Below are positions 11,081 through 25,900 of a stretch of DNA of 64,000 bases, piece by piece. A model generated the notes under the pieces. That model was not told the origin of the DNA. It made no database searches and saw only the letters and a list, made by a program, of their open reading frames with translations. Location of the stretch: assembly GCA_030141605.1 (NCBI GenBank), contig JAQGDQ010000077.1, positions 496,001-560,000 of the forward strand, read 5' to 3'. Source of the DNA: Tubiluchus corallicola. Lineage: Eukaryota; Animalia; Priapulida. A program made the translations under genes and the position numbers. How positions within the stretch are numbered: position 1 is the first letter of the stretch; each line of letters starts with the position of its first letter.

Positions 11081-12218
11081 GAGACCTTATCAGTTATCAC
11101 CATGAATGACCAAGGTAAAATAACACAGATTAAATTGCGTTCTATATAAACGCTGTACTCAAAGTGCCCGAACCACATTTTACTCAGCATGTATTAATGG
11201 TTGGCCAACGTTGCCAGCCTTTGTTTATCAAGATTTTTTTTAAAATCAAGTGAGCACTTCTTTCTTGCATGGCCCATTGGCTAAAGGTTGCCGCCTGAAG
11301 GTTTCATCCAGTTCATTATTGTCAGTAGCTTTTAACGCTAATAAACTACGCATGCGCAAATCCAGTTGTTCATGAACTTGTTGGCTTTTATACAAAAGTT
11401 TATTAAAACGGTCGTAAAACAGTGAGCGCAGAGATACAATAAAAGGAAATGAAAGGTAATAAACTGCTGACCCTGAGCCGAGTGTCAGCTAAATGGACAG
11501 ATAATTCAACCGATCTGTCACTCCTGATAGGCAATTCTTTACTTTCAGACGGTTTTCCTACTGAAAAAATGGAGTACACAGTGCTTATGAATCTGAATTT
11601 GTTTTAGTGCCTAATGTGACAAATGCCGAAATAAAAGATTATGCTTAATTTAATCTAACGATAACGCGTGATGGATATTTAAATTTTGTGCACATTTGTG
11701 GGCGACAACTCACTCGTAATGCATTATGTGATAAATTTATACTGTCATTAAATCTAGTTTCCCAGAATCCCATTCAGGCAAACGCATTTGTACTTCAACA
11801 GAACTTGACCGCAATATGTAATGCACGCCAGAGCGGAAGACAATGGTTTCGTATAACTCCTTTACACGACTTCCCGTGATCCGTGGAAATCAGAACGATC
11901 GCGTTGCGTTCAATGCTAATTGACTTATCCGTCATTGGGACCGCTGCTATAGAATATCTCAGGCGTAAATTAAATGTCAGTGAGATGGTAAGATGAAAGT
12001 ATGTAAAGCATAAACGACTTTGGGGAATACAGCAGCAAGCATTAGCCACTATTACTGAAATTATGCACTTCATTATGAACAATTTCAGTAATCAAGAGAC
12101 CACGTCGCTTGCTTCAGCTTTAGTGCTGCTTAACAGTAATAATGAAACAGTAATATTCAATAGGAGGGAAATTTCTTAGACATGCTCAAGGGAACTCAGT
12201 GAATGACCCTCAATAAGA

Positions 12219-12230
12219 TCTCTCTCTCCC

Positions 12231-12315
<85 letters not shown>

Positions 12316-12316
12316 G

Positions 12317-12353
<37 letters not shown>

Positions 12354-12378
12354 CTCTTTCTTTCTTTCTTTCTTTCTT

Positions 12379-12426
<48 letters not shown>

Positions 12427-12478
12427 AGAGAGAAAGAGAGACAAAGAGAGACAGAGAGAGAGCGAGTGAGTGAGTGAG
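12219..12478. repeat. Compound (TC)n/(CTTT)n tract followed by (GA)n/(GAGT)n
   Basis: Seen directly; the polypyrimidine strand switches to polypurine at about 12423. Confidence 0.97.
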
Positions 12479-12494
12479 CGATATCTATCTATAC

Positions 12495-13564
<1,070 letters not shown>

Positions 13565-14811
13565 ATTTAATAGTAGATATTTCAATAAATAACGGTAGAT
13601 TCTTTTTTCGTATTTTATAGCAAGACTTCTGAATCTAAAACTAAAAACTTCTGAAACTAAAGCCACCTAAACATTCAAGAAGCATTTGTGGACGAGGAAA
13701 TATAAAGACTTTTCCCGTTTTCCTGTTGTTTTTCTGGTTACAATGTATACATTTTTACATATTTGCACAGTTTTACTCTAAACATATCTAGTAAAGCATT
13801 TACTGAATGACATTGATCACATTTGGCTAAAATCATTATTTTTAAAACCGACTAATAATTTTCTCAGCATCTAGGCGTAAGCTAAAATAAGCCGTGTTTA
13901 GGACCTCACGGTCTGTACAGTCTAAAGTTTGTAAATCTAGCAATTTCTGCATAAATGGATTGTGCCTTTATGGAATTCCAAAAAGAGTTTGCTTTGATTT
14001 TCGTTTCTGTGACAGGTCTATATTAATTTTTCACTTAATCCTTATTCAACGATGGGGCTTCCAGCTTCCCGTAGCTTAAGGTCTCACTAAGTTTAAATAC
14101 AGCCTTGCTCATTATGTAAAGCAAACTGACATAAATAGTTCCGAATATTGAATTCGGAAACATTTCATGCCATTGCGATTCTTTACGACCCTTTCCTTAA
14201 ACGGATGATTTGAATTCACACGGCTGTTTTGTTTTCGTAAGAAATCTTTTAGTTAACTGAGATGTGTGAAGATCGATTACTACGGTTCTGCTATTTAAAT
14301 ACACTGTATTGATATTCCAATTTAATGACTCTCTGTTTACCCGTAGGATGTAAATGTTCGGAAGGTACAATATATAGATATAGGTACTAAATGAAATATT
14401 TTCAGGCTGTCAAGGTTACCTATAGTTAAGTGCAATTATATATGAATTAGTTGGCTCAGTATGCCTTCATACATCGTGCATTCCCGTTTTCTCTCATTTT
14501 GTTGTTTTCTCGTTTCCTCTCCAATGATTTACTCATTGGCAGACCTTTCGTACTTTTACCAGTTTTCTACTTAGATCGCTAGGTGGAAAAAATTGAAGCA
14601 TTTCTGTGGCGTAATGATTAGCATTGCTACTGTCCGAAATGCAGAATGTCTAGGCCAAATAGGCTCAAGTTTCAGTTTAGGAAGTTGATTTTCAGATTTC
14701 CTATTTTTAGTGTAGATTCCGTTTTCGCCTACAAGCAGTTATAAATTATCAAAATGTTAATGTCAAGGGCCAAAATGAAACAATACGAAAAAAAAATTAT
14801 GTTGTACGCAC

Positions 14812-15216
14812 GTAAGAAATCATTGGGAGATTCCAAGCGGCTGCAACTCTGGCCTCTACTCTGCACGAATCCTCCGGTCCAAAGAACGCCACAGCTCCAG
14901 ACTTCCACTGGTCAGTCAGGACGTTAAGGCCAGTCAATGTATCTGCCCTCGTGTCATTCCAGATCAAATCAATCCGATGATTGGGCAGGAGTTCTGGATC
15001 TGCATTGATTTGATCAATAGCGTACGTGATGGCACCAGATATTGTCAATCCCTGTCGATTTTTCACATTCAATCCGTACACCGCTGTCAAGTAGCCAACG
15101 GTCAGATCAGTCCGACGTTCAAGCTTTTCTCGTCTTCCAGACACAAATTTAAGCATGAAAAATAATATGGCAAGTTTCACAAACATGGCGACGGTTTGTA
15201 TGATAAGTTTGCACAT
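14812..15216 (-). CDS. Receptor guanylyl cyclase (Gyc32E-like), first coding exon: signal peptide plus start of the ANF-receptor ligand-binding domain; gene continues left of window
   Basis: Signal peptide MFVKLAILFFMLKFVSG (second ATG at 15186), then LTVGYLTA...QGLTISGAITYAIDQIN...WNDTRADT...AFFGPEDSCRVEARVAAAWNLPMISY, characteristic of protostome Gyc32E-type receptor GCs. Phase-0 donor TAC|GTGCGT at 14812/14811. Confidence 0.88.
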
Positions 15217-15770
15217 GATAAAGTTTCTAGCAGAAATTCTTCATCTTTCAAGGTATAACTGGAATATACAAAAATTGTTTAGTAATTTGTATTCAGAAAA
15301 TCATGTTCAGACTTTTGATATTCAACTTTTCACAGGGTAAATTAGAGCAAATTGGCGGAAAGCCGTTATGACCATACCAACATTTGAATTAGAGACACGC
15401 ACTACAAAATCGATGTTCTGAAGCTATCTGACATTAAATTTTGAATCTGACAAGCTTATAGTACACTACTCAACTGAAATAATGCAAAATAACGTTGCAA
15501 TAATGCTACAGCGTGACGTGATTAAAAACAAAATATGTAATTGGGACGTCTTAGAAATTGCTGTATATATAAAAATAAAAAAATGCCTGTGTATGTAAAT
15601 CAAGTTTAAAATATTTTATGCACTAAAACATTAATTTAGTGCTTGAAGTAGTGCTTAAAAAAGAATTAACCATTGACAACTTCACGAAATAGTCAAATAT
15701 TAACACTGTTCAATACTCAATTTTACTGTAATGAGTAAACCATTTTTATGACAATTAGATAAATAGTATA

Positions 15771-15773
<3 letters not shown>

Positions 15774-15836
<63 letters not shown>
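15774..15836. repeat. (TA)n(CA)n microsatellite
   Basis: Seen directly. Confidence 0.95.
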
Positions 15837-15837
<1 letters not shown>

Positions 15838-18800
15838 TGTACATAACTATGTGTTTCAGCTTTTCACAGTAATAATATTTTTGCCACAATATTTCTTTTA
15901 TTATGCTAATAAATAAAGCTGTTTACGGTTGCTTACATTTTTGGCCTAGTTCTACCAAGCATTTTATTATTTATATACATTAATTGCTGAAACCATTCTA
16001 CCAGACATTAGGGAAAATGGAGCTTTATAATGCTGGCAATTATGGTTACTTTTTAAGGCTTCCTGAGTGCAATAAACTCACTGAATGCGAAGCCTGTAGC
16101 AAATGCCCTCGTTCAATCAGATAAACAATCAAAAATATTAGTTTACTAAATCGAATAACACGAAACGAAATATACAAACATATAAACATTTTATGCCTCC
16201 TCCAATGCACATATAAACAAATATTAATTAATTATCACACAATCAAAAAAATAGAGATACCGGGTCTATGTAAGTATTGGTTTGTCCCTTATTACGAATT
16301 AATATTTATAAATAAAGTAAGATGTTTAATAAATGCATTAGAATATTGAAGACATCTTGAGTCAAAATGAAAGCAGTGATATCATCTGAAGAATCATCAA
16401 CACCCCTGCGACATTTCCAAAGCAAGCCATTTATTAATTCAGTATTAATATACTTAATGCCGTAATACACAATACAATTGCAATACAATAGTACACGATT
16501 AGTCTTCATGTTAAACTCATTGAACATAAATTCATGTCATTATGGTAATTTGTACAACTGTATTTTCTTCCAAATTTAAGGTTAATTCAAATATTTGAAA
16601 ATATGTATAATTTTCTCCAATTCGCTTTCACTTCCCATGCCAAACTGATATAAAGCCTTTGACTTGTCTCATCTTTTGTTATATCGTTGCCATTTTTACA
16701 ACTTGCGGGGAGAAATAGATTTGCAGTTCAAACAGTTTGCATTCTAAGAGGGTATTGTCACTGAGATCATTAATTAATATACATACTAACTCACAAATCA
16801 CCTGTTAGATAATGAGAAAATAAAATTAATTTAATGGTACCCTACAGCAATCTAATCTTGTTACACCTAATACACGGTTCATGAATTCATACATTTCAGT
16901 CGATATGCTCTCACTGTTATTCCAGCGCAATTACACGAACAAATCTTGAGGATGCTTCAGTAAGCAAGACTTGGGTACATGATTAACAGTCTCATTAGTC
17001 TCAACTGTAAGCAGTTTAGCAGTATTGGGATTATCCCTTTTATTTTACGATTTCGTCCACAAGACTTGACGCATTTTTAATCATGAAGAATAAACTCATT
17101 TCGTTAAGATGTGATCACAGTTATTAGACTGATTTATCAGACAGGAAATTCAATTGAATAGTAAATTTTGAGAAATCTGATCAATAACGCCATGGCAAAT
17201 CAACCTATAATAAAACAAATACATGTGTGTGTTTCAAACGAGCTGCGTTTATCGTCAGTTATTTAATCGAAAGTCAACTGGTCTAAACTTAAAACTAAAA
17301 CAACTTTAAGTAGAAAAATTAACTCCATAGTCTTTTCTTTAATTATTATTTCGATATGGATTTTTACTTATGACGTTTTGATTAATTTTTTATCAGCTAA
17401 TAATTATAATATTATTGTATGCATGGATTTTACATGATGGGGTGTCTTCACAATCTGCAGAAGTTTTGCAGAAAATAATGGCACTCGCAGTAGAGTCTGT
17501 AGTATTGAGCCAACACAAGGGTAGCCTTACATAATATATACACGACATCACTCCTTAATACACAGTATGGCGTAATGTTGACGCAGATTGCAATTGCACT
17601 TGTTACAGTGATTTTAATCCATATAATATACACTTAAAAGCCTGTACCATAGATTCGGCTGTAACATTGTCAGCATTAATTTAATCATATTGTTGTATTC
17701 AATGCTAGCCATTTTATGATTTCTCAACATTTGATCAGAACTGTTGAAATAAATGAAGCCTCCCCTCACGCTAAATCAGGTAAGTCGGGTTTATTTAATC
17801 AGCATTAATGGATACAGAACCGAGAAATAAGAAGTTATCTAGTGAAACCTGCCTGTAGGGTGAAAATATATAGCCTTTTCACAAGAAAGCTAACCATTAT
17901 GAGTAACAAAAATCACAAACTGAGAAAAGATTATTGCAAAAAAGACTAAAGAGGGGATAGAAGTAAAAGCAAAACCAAAAATAATCCATTGTAACCGTGT
18001 TAAAGGGCAAAACTGAAAAAGACAAAAAGACAAAGATAAATGCGAAATGTTCTACCATGTTTTATTCTCAGCATGCTGGAAAACTGCTAGTAGTTTTGCG
18101 TTGGAATTACAGCAAATGGTATACAGTATATTGTATAATGTATATGTCATATTAAATGGTACATTGTTGTTAAACCCTTAAATACGCTTCAGGGCTATAT
18201 CAAGAAAAAATACTATCAGCTTCTTTCGGGCCTGGCCGTTGGGAACCCAAAAAGCCGTCTGTATAGTTTCTATCGGGTTTAAGTTCCGTGCCATTTACGC
18301 TCCAAGTCCGTTATAGGACCAAAAGGGGTGCATTGTCCACTAAGACCAAAAAGCTCAACTCAGATATTGAGCTTCAGCATTGTACAACAAAACTAAACTG
18401 TCAATTTAAAAAGACTGTTACATTTAGTACACTACTGGGAGAGCCTCAATCAGCTATACATGTATTACACATAACGGGAACACTACAAAAAATTACCGAA
18501 AAAGCCTTTTCTGTATATGGAAATTGCGAAAAAGCTACTGCCATAGTAATTGCATACCTCGCGGTAGTTGAGTTTAAAGCAAATGATAAAATCTCCTAAT
18601 GGGAAAAGTCGCTTCAGTTAAGAAGGGTATAAGTATATGACCGTTTCGCAAAATTATTGAATCACATTTCACTAAGTGGTGCCCTGGACAGCCCTAAAGC
18701 TGCGTTACTCAGAATTTTATAGGCTCTCAAACACGTACGGCAACGGCAGACATTTACGACTTCAGGCGTGAATAAATCAGTGTAAAGCCCCCACGTACTT

Positions 18801-18886
18801 ACCAGGGATTTGAGCAAGTTTATTAGAGCAAGCAGCATTTAGATAAATCTTTCTGTAGAGTTTATACCGAATTTAAATGAGCACTG

Positions 18887-18930
18887 CGGGCATGGCCCAG
18901 TGGTCTAAGGCGTCGAAGCCAAAGCCGAGG
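18887..18930 (+). mobile_element. tRNA-derived SINE head or tRNA 5' half relic
   Basis: GCGGGCATGGCCCAGTGGTCTAAGGCG resembles a tRNA acceptor plus D-arm with an A-box. No intact B-box or T-arm follows. Confidence 0.5.
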
Positions 18931-20019
18931 GATTGCTTTGACAGTTCAACGCTTGTTTGATGTACATGTTACATGATTAACATGTAAACCATGCAGGCGT
19001 GTACTTTCGCTCAATTTATAAATAAGCGCATGAAAATACAGAAAGTATGGTGTTAAGTACATAAGAGGAAAAATAAATTCCGTCTGAATCTGCAAGTGCG
19101 TGGGAGTAAGAGATTGTCTAAAAATAGTCTCCAAAGGACCAACCAGATTCCATTTGTAATAGTGAGAGGCAGTACTAAGTCACAAACAGAACTGGTTTAG
19201 CTTGGTCTTGTTTCTTTGTTCGTTTATTCATTTCTTTGTGCATCTGTTCTTTCGTTAATTAATTTATTTATATTAATTTGCTTATTTGTTTTGTTTGCTT
19301 TCTTGCTTGCTTGTCTGCTTGTTTGTGTATTTGTTTGTTGTCTTTAATGTATTAGGCAGCTTGCAATTCCAATTCTTTACCTTTTTGCCGGTTGTCCAGC
19401 TAAAAAGTCAGCAATGTAAAACGTACAGCATAATTGTCACGCAGTATTCAAATTCATATAAATTACTTTACCCTCACTGCTAAAACTGTTTGTTCAGAAA
19501 CAAACAAGTTAATGACTATCAGTTATTGTACCGGTTTATCTTGTTACACAAAAATAAAGCTGATAAAATTGGGGAAAGTTCTTGTCTAAGCATTTTAGTG
19601 AGTGTTATTGAATGCTGTAATGCTGAATAGGTTTTTCTATTTTAGTTACCGTAAAATGTCACATTGTTGTTTTTACTTTGATCACGACACGCAAGCATTT
19701 TATACTAAGCTTCAATTATTAAGTTCAATACAGTACTCGTTTCAGGTATTTCGTTAAACATGTGTTCCAACTGACACTAAAGGAAATTCTGTAGTAATTA
19801 TCTCGCAATATCCTTATTCGAACTTTTTTACTGAGCTATTTCCACATCTTATCACTTCAGTTAGTGTATAGAACTCACATTGCTATTGTAGCCGTTCGTT
19901 TATGGATTTCCTTGCTCACTCATAAGTTGTTTCTTCAATTATCTATTTGGCATTCACCTTTCCTTCTTTCATTTATTGCATTCTTCCTCCTTCCTTCCGT
20001 TCTTCCTTCCTTCCTTTCT

Positions 20020-20345
20020 TCCTTCATTCATTTATTCATGCGATCGTTAGTTCATTCATTCATTAATGCATTTACTCATTCATTCATTCATTCATTCATT
20101 CATTCATTCATTCATTCATTCATTCATTCATTCATTCATTCATTCATTCATTCATTCATTCATTCATTCATTTACCCATTCATTCATTCACTCACTCACT
20201 CAATCATTCATTCATTAATGCGTTCGTTCGTTCATTCATTCATTCAATCAATCAATTATTCGTTCATTCATTCATATGTTCATTTATTCACTCACTCATT
20301 TGTTTATTCATATATTCATCCAGTTACTAATTCATTCACTTATTT
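20020..20345. repeat. (TCAT)n microsatellite with degenerate flanks
   Basis: Seen directly. Confidence 0.95.
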
Positions 20346-21349
20346 ATTTATAAGTTCATTCATATTTTCATTAACTTTGTTAAATTTCTAATGCTAATCG
20401 ATGTTAATACGTACAGTGGTTGAGTACACCTCTCACAACCGCATTGTCTGGCGTTTCAAGCAAAATCTTCGTAAACCACAAATGCAAGAAAAAACGCGTT
20501 CACTTCTTATAAATCAACGAATCACTTGAACATGAAGATGTTTTATGGATATACTTTACTGATTAACGTATGAGGCAGATGCTCATCAACGTTGATCAGG
20601 TGCACGATACGAATCTGCTGCACAGCATAGTTGAAGCCATCAGTATCTTGTGAAGAGTCAGCCCTAATTGCGCATGCGTCTTGTTGTGTGACCGTAAGCG
20701 CTTTGATATTGACCAACAAGTTAATAAACGTTTTTTGTCGTATTCGAAACACAAAAGCATGCTAGATTTTAATTTCAATGGCATCGTTACAAAAAATAAG
20801 CTTAGCTATTTTATTTGATACCATATTTGCTTAAGTAATTTTTTATAACTTGCTGTAATCTTATCTTACCTCACTATTTTGCCAGAACTGGCCCTAAACT
20901 AATCTAATGCAACATAACTTTATCAAATTTAATCTAAGCTAATCTAGTTCTAATCTAGTCTAATCTATAATCTTATTTTGCTTAACAAGAAGTGTTATGA
21001 TCAAAAAATGTCGTTTTATGATAAAAAAAACTACTTCAACTTTGCTAATTAATATACTTATTGCCATTTTTATTACTTATTATTATTGTCACTAATTACT
21101 GTTTTAGTTAGGTTACTGTTGTTTGTTTTTCCATGCTAAATTATCCAATAAATCAAATAATCATTTATAGTTAAAAGATTAAATTACAGACCAGCTAGCC
21201 ATGATATCGTTTTATAAATTATTTATATCCCAGATATATGGCCTACAAAAGCAAAAAAATGCTTAAAATTAAATAGTGTGTAAAATTGAACACGTAATCA
21301 ATAGTTAAATTTAGAAGGAGGAAGACTGAAAGCTGAAGACTGAAAACTG

Positions 21350-21425
21350 GGAGTCAACCAAGATTCGAACCCAGAACATTATGGAATCAGGCAACACATT
21401 TTACGCGTTTGAACAATTAATCCAC
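21350..21425 (-). mobile_element. Degenerate tRNA-derived SINE fragment
   Basis: Minus-strand B-box GGTTCGAATC (plus strand gattcgaacc at 21362) with tRNA-like spacing. Confidence 0.4.
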
Positions 21426-22930
21426 ACAGTTAAAATAGATCTGCACTCTCATACTAGTCAGCACACAAGCAGTCAGAGCCAATTAGCATATTATTTAAAG
21501 AGAAACTAAATACTTAACAAGCTACCGTTACATCCTTAGCAGGAAAATTAAAGTCCATACAGTGTCGTGCCATACTTCAATAGTGCTAAATAATCAACAG
21601 TGAAATTTAGGAAGAAAGCTAAAGATCAACGAGTCCAAAATTCAATATTAATAAACTATTAAACGAAAAAGAAAGCAATTGTTGACGTCTTCCATGCGTA
21701 TTGATGTACCCTCGCATTTAAAGATGTTTTCATAATTGTAAAAAACTTCGATTTTAAAAAGTTTTGAATAAAATTTATTTTCGTATTGTTAAACTTGTAC
21801 TCAAATAATTTTTTAAATTGTAGTTGTAAATTTGAGAAATAAAAATCCACAGAAAGAAGCAATTAATGGTACAATTTGCTGATAATGTGTAAAGCACTTG
21901 AATTGTCAACAATCAACATCAGAACTATTGAGCTACTGTTACTTCAGTGATCCAGGTTATCGAGCATTAGTCAAAAAAGGCAGAAATCTATTAATATTGA
22001 TTAGCATAGACTATGTCAACTTATACAACGTTTACTACTACTACCACCGCTGTCTTTAATTTAAACGTCATAGATAATAATGTTATTATTAAAATCCATT
22101 AAGACGATATTAATAACGTTTGCATATACTCAACTTATCTTTAATGTACACATGTCCGTACTATAAACGTATATTGATGATCAAAACGGCAATACACTGG
22201 CTAAATACTGCTAATTGATTTTGGACATTCCCAATCAGCAACTAAAAGTTTCTCGTTGACCTAGTTTAAGATTCTAGCATACGTTCACTTTCTATAGGGT
22301 AGATGAATATACTCTCATTATTTAAACAAATTCTAAACGATTGGTTGCCCGTATATATGATTTTTTTTTATAAATGAGCAACCTTACAATAATTTAAATA
22401 ATTAACGTGGACCTATTGTACAATTGTATGACACGTGTACTACAATGTATCGACAAGCGTTTGCACATTATACTTTCATGTTGATTTAATATTAGCACCC
22501 CTTTCTAATAATATAGTTTGACCGATAATTATTACTTACTGATTAATGTTCGACTTTGAGTATAGGCCTACACACTTATTGTTCAGCACTTGTGATTTGG
22601 CTTATGAGGAAATTCTTAATCGTTAGCTCAAGAAACCGCTGGCGTAAGATAGTTTTAACAGGTAAATCATTGCACATGCATGCGTACAATAATAAGACAA
22701 AGTAACGAAATTTGTGCTTCTCAAGGAGCACTTTAATATTTGACTGCTAACAGATTTCAAGTGATAGAGTCTGAAATGTGAAAAACCTCAATTTATCCAG
22801 TAGAAATTGGTTAGCAATATGACTATATTGACTATAAGTTCAAATACTATTTTCAATAACTCAGGCTAGATTCCGGCATCAAGTGACTGGGCGTTAGAAA
22901 CAGTTTTCATTAGTCTATACGCAATACGTT

Positions 22931-25900
22931 ATGGAGGAGAAAAGGAAGCACAAATCTTTGGAGGTAAAGTGTAAAAAACCGATTTTATTATATACTGCAT
23001 AGTACACTAATAATTATGCTAGATTTTACTGTTCAATTAATTAAGTTTTTATTAAAAATGCCAGCACAATTAACCGCTACGGATATTTGTCAACACAAAA
23101 AATCACATAAAGTACTAAAGCCAAATGTGTCTAAATCATTTTAGGGAGGGCGGAATTTTCCTAGTGGATGCTTATAATAGGCGGCCATGATGTTTGAATT
23201 TATTTTAAATGATACATGTGAAATAATAATTTTATAACTGGTAGAAGTATAACGGGTGTTTTTCTACGGGTACTGTAGTATTTATAGTAATATTGTTAAT
23301 TGTAGTAATATTGAATTTTTCATCTTGTTTCAAGATGTTTAAGACTACAATTAATTAGCTTGTCTTGGTTACAAAAAAGCTATCGCTTGCAATATGACAT
23401 CGATTCTAATATTTTTTCATCAAGACCAAACTCAAGTGAAAACGGAATATACCTACAATAATAATTATGAAATGTTGAAAGATATAATGGAAAATGTTCA
23501 ATCGAAAGATGTAATGGAAACAGGTCTAGTTTCATATCACTGCACTTAAATAAAAAATAACTATTAATTACTTTTACTTGAGTAAAGATTTAAGAAGCCA
23601 ATGAATTAGGTGAGTCGTAATCGCATGAAGTAAGGAGCCACGTCCTAACAATTTCTAGTAAAAATCAAAGTTTTGTTGCAGTTATTTTGAAAAGGTCACG
23701 CTGCTTTTAGTTTTTTATACAACGAAGAGGAGGCTTACTATGAAACAAAAAATATAAAATAAAAGACTGGACGTTAACAATGAAAGGAGTGCGTTGTCGC
23801 AATGCCGTAGCGACACAGTACCCGCCAACTCAAAAGGAGGGATGCACTTGCTTAAACTGATTTCATTTATGTTTTTAAAATAAATGGCCATTTAATTCAT
23901 ATAACTCAATTCTTCTATTAGTCAATTCTGCTTTATTGCTTCAGTTATTCTTATTGTGATAATTAATGTGATTTCATATGGCAGGGATTGAATGGCATTC
24001 TGCTGTTTGCCATGTCATCTATGTGTCTTGGTCCTTCTTTTCAATGCGGTTACAACTTGGGCGTGATCAATGCTCCTCAAACGGTGAGTGTGTGTTTGTA
24101 GTGTAACCATGGGTTCGATACCGTGTTAAGTGGCGTTTATGTAGCATGCGGATGCGAATGCGTTTTCCACCTGCGGAATAACCAACGGAAAAAAATCAAT
24201 AGGAAATAGCTGCGGAAAAGGAATAACGCATCCGCATGCTACATAAACGCCAGTTTAGACCAACGTTTGTAGCTGTGGAGCTTGACCTAGCCATTGACAA
24301 CAGTACAAAGCTTTTAAACTGAACCTGATCCCCCTTAAACTCTAACTTAATTTTTGTTGGAGGTGAATTGTACATATTCAGCTAGGCCACATTGTCACAC
24401 ATTTTCTTGTTGCTCTCAGTGTTCTTTGATGTGTTTGATTGCTTCACCGAAACCCCAGTAGTCTCACAATTGTCGCCTGATTAAAAATTTAGTCTGTGCT
24501 GCTTCGCTTTTTCAATGTTCACTCCTTGAAGCAAATTGACTCACTTTAGAGTGCCGCCTGTAATAAGATTTGTAACTGCTTTGAAGCAAGAATAAAACAA
24601 AGAGTTTTATGTTCACATAATATTGACGCAAATGTATTTGAAGTGTGTTAAATCTTATAGTCAATCCATACATTGGTGTGGTTAAAAACAAGTCACCAGC
24701 AGGCCAGCTATTTTTAATTTACATACAAGGGTGGGGTCAGGGGATTTAACTGTGTTTTTAGTCAGATCACACGTCGGTTATTTAAACGGTGCGTCCACGT
24801 GATCTGCTTATTTCGTCACCTGCGTCACCTACGATTCTGCATACGTGTGAATACATCCGTAGACATCTCGTGAATTTTCATGTAATATTATCGCTGTTTT
24901 CGTCGATTATTAGGTCCTGGAAAATTGGTACAATCAAACGTACTACGAAAGAAATCAAGAGAATATAGAAAAGAACTACCTGGATTTGTTATGGTCAATT
25001 ACTGTAGCCGGAACACCAGGAGGAGGAATCATTGGTGGGATGTCTACCGCTCTGCTGACTGCCAAATTGGGAAGGTGAATGTTTACCAACATATTTATTT
25101 TGTTTTCGTAGTGAAGAATGATCATCAGCAACAGTATCATTAATCTTCATCATTATCATCTACATCACCATCATCATCATCATCAGCAGCAGCAGCAGCA
25201 GCGGAATTAGCATCTTAAATACAATTCTCAATTGATGCTTGAATACTTGGATTTCCAGGAAGAAAACGCTTTTGCTGAACAACATCTTGGCATTTGTGGC
25301 AGCTGCTTTGATGGGATTGCCAAAGCTAGTAAAAAGTTATGAGATGTTAATGATAGGGCGAATCATCATAGGAATTCATATTGGTAAGCTAATATTGTGA
25401 AATACTGCCGGCTGACAGAGGTACGAAAACTACAGAAATAATTTCAAATGCAGCCATATCTAAAATAATGGCTTAAATGCGAAAACTAAAAGTTTATTTC
25501 ATTGTGAAAGAAACGAGATATAGAAATACAGAAGCACTTCTTTGGCTTTGAGATAACCATGCTGTGATGCTCTTGCAATGTTCAGTGTTTCAGAAAAAAG
25601 ACAGGAAAATAGAAATCCTTCGTTAGATTTATTACTTACAGCAACACTGCCATTGTAAAGCACAAGGTTTTAAACTGTAGCTATTAAATTAATAATTGGA
25701 AAGATGAAATATTTAATTAAAACTCGTGTCGAGGAATATCAGGAGAACTTTGCTTTGCTGTTGAATCAAATATTATGTTTTTTTTATAATTACGATTACT
25801 CTTGCGTAATTTTTCATTCAGGTTTGGCGTCTGGTGCTGTTCCGATGTATGTCGTAGAAATATCTCCCAGACAACTAAGAGGAGCATTGGGTACCATGCA

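Noticed and set aside
11795-12082. 95-aa minus-strand ORF as a possible GC exon 2
   Set aside because: No resemblance to the expected ANF-receptor continuation (C...YPTFART) and no suitable splice context seen.
18887-18960. Possible tRNA gene
   Set aside because: Only the 5' half with an A-box is recognisable, with no T-arm GTTC(G/A)A in position and no acceptor pairing. Treated as a SINE relic.
19864-20391. 175-aa ORF with FIHS repeats
   Set aside because: Translation of the (TCAT)n microsatellite.
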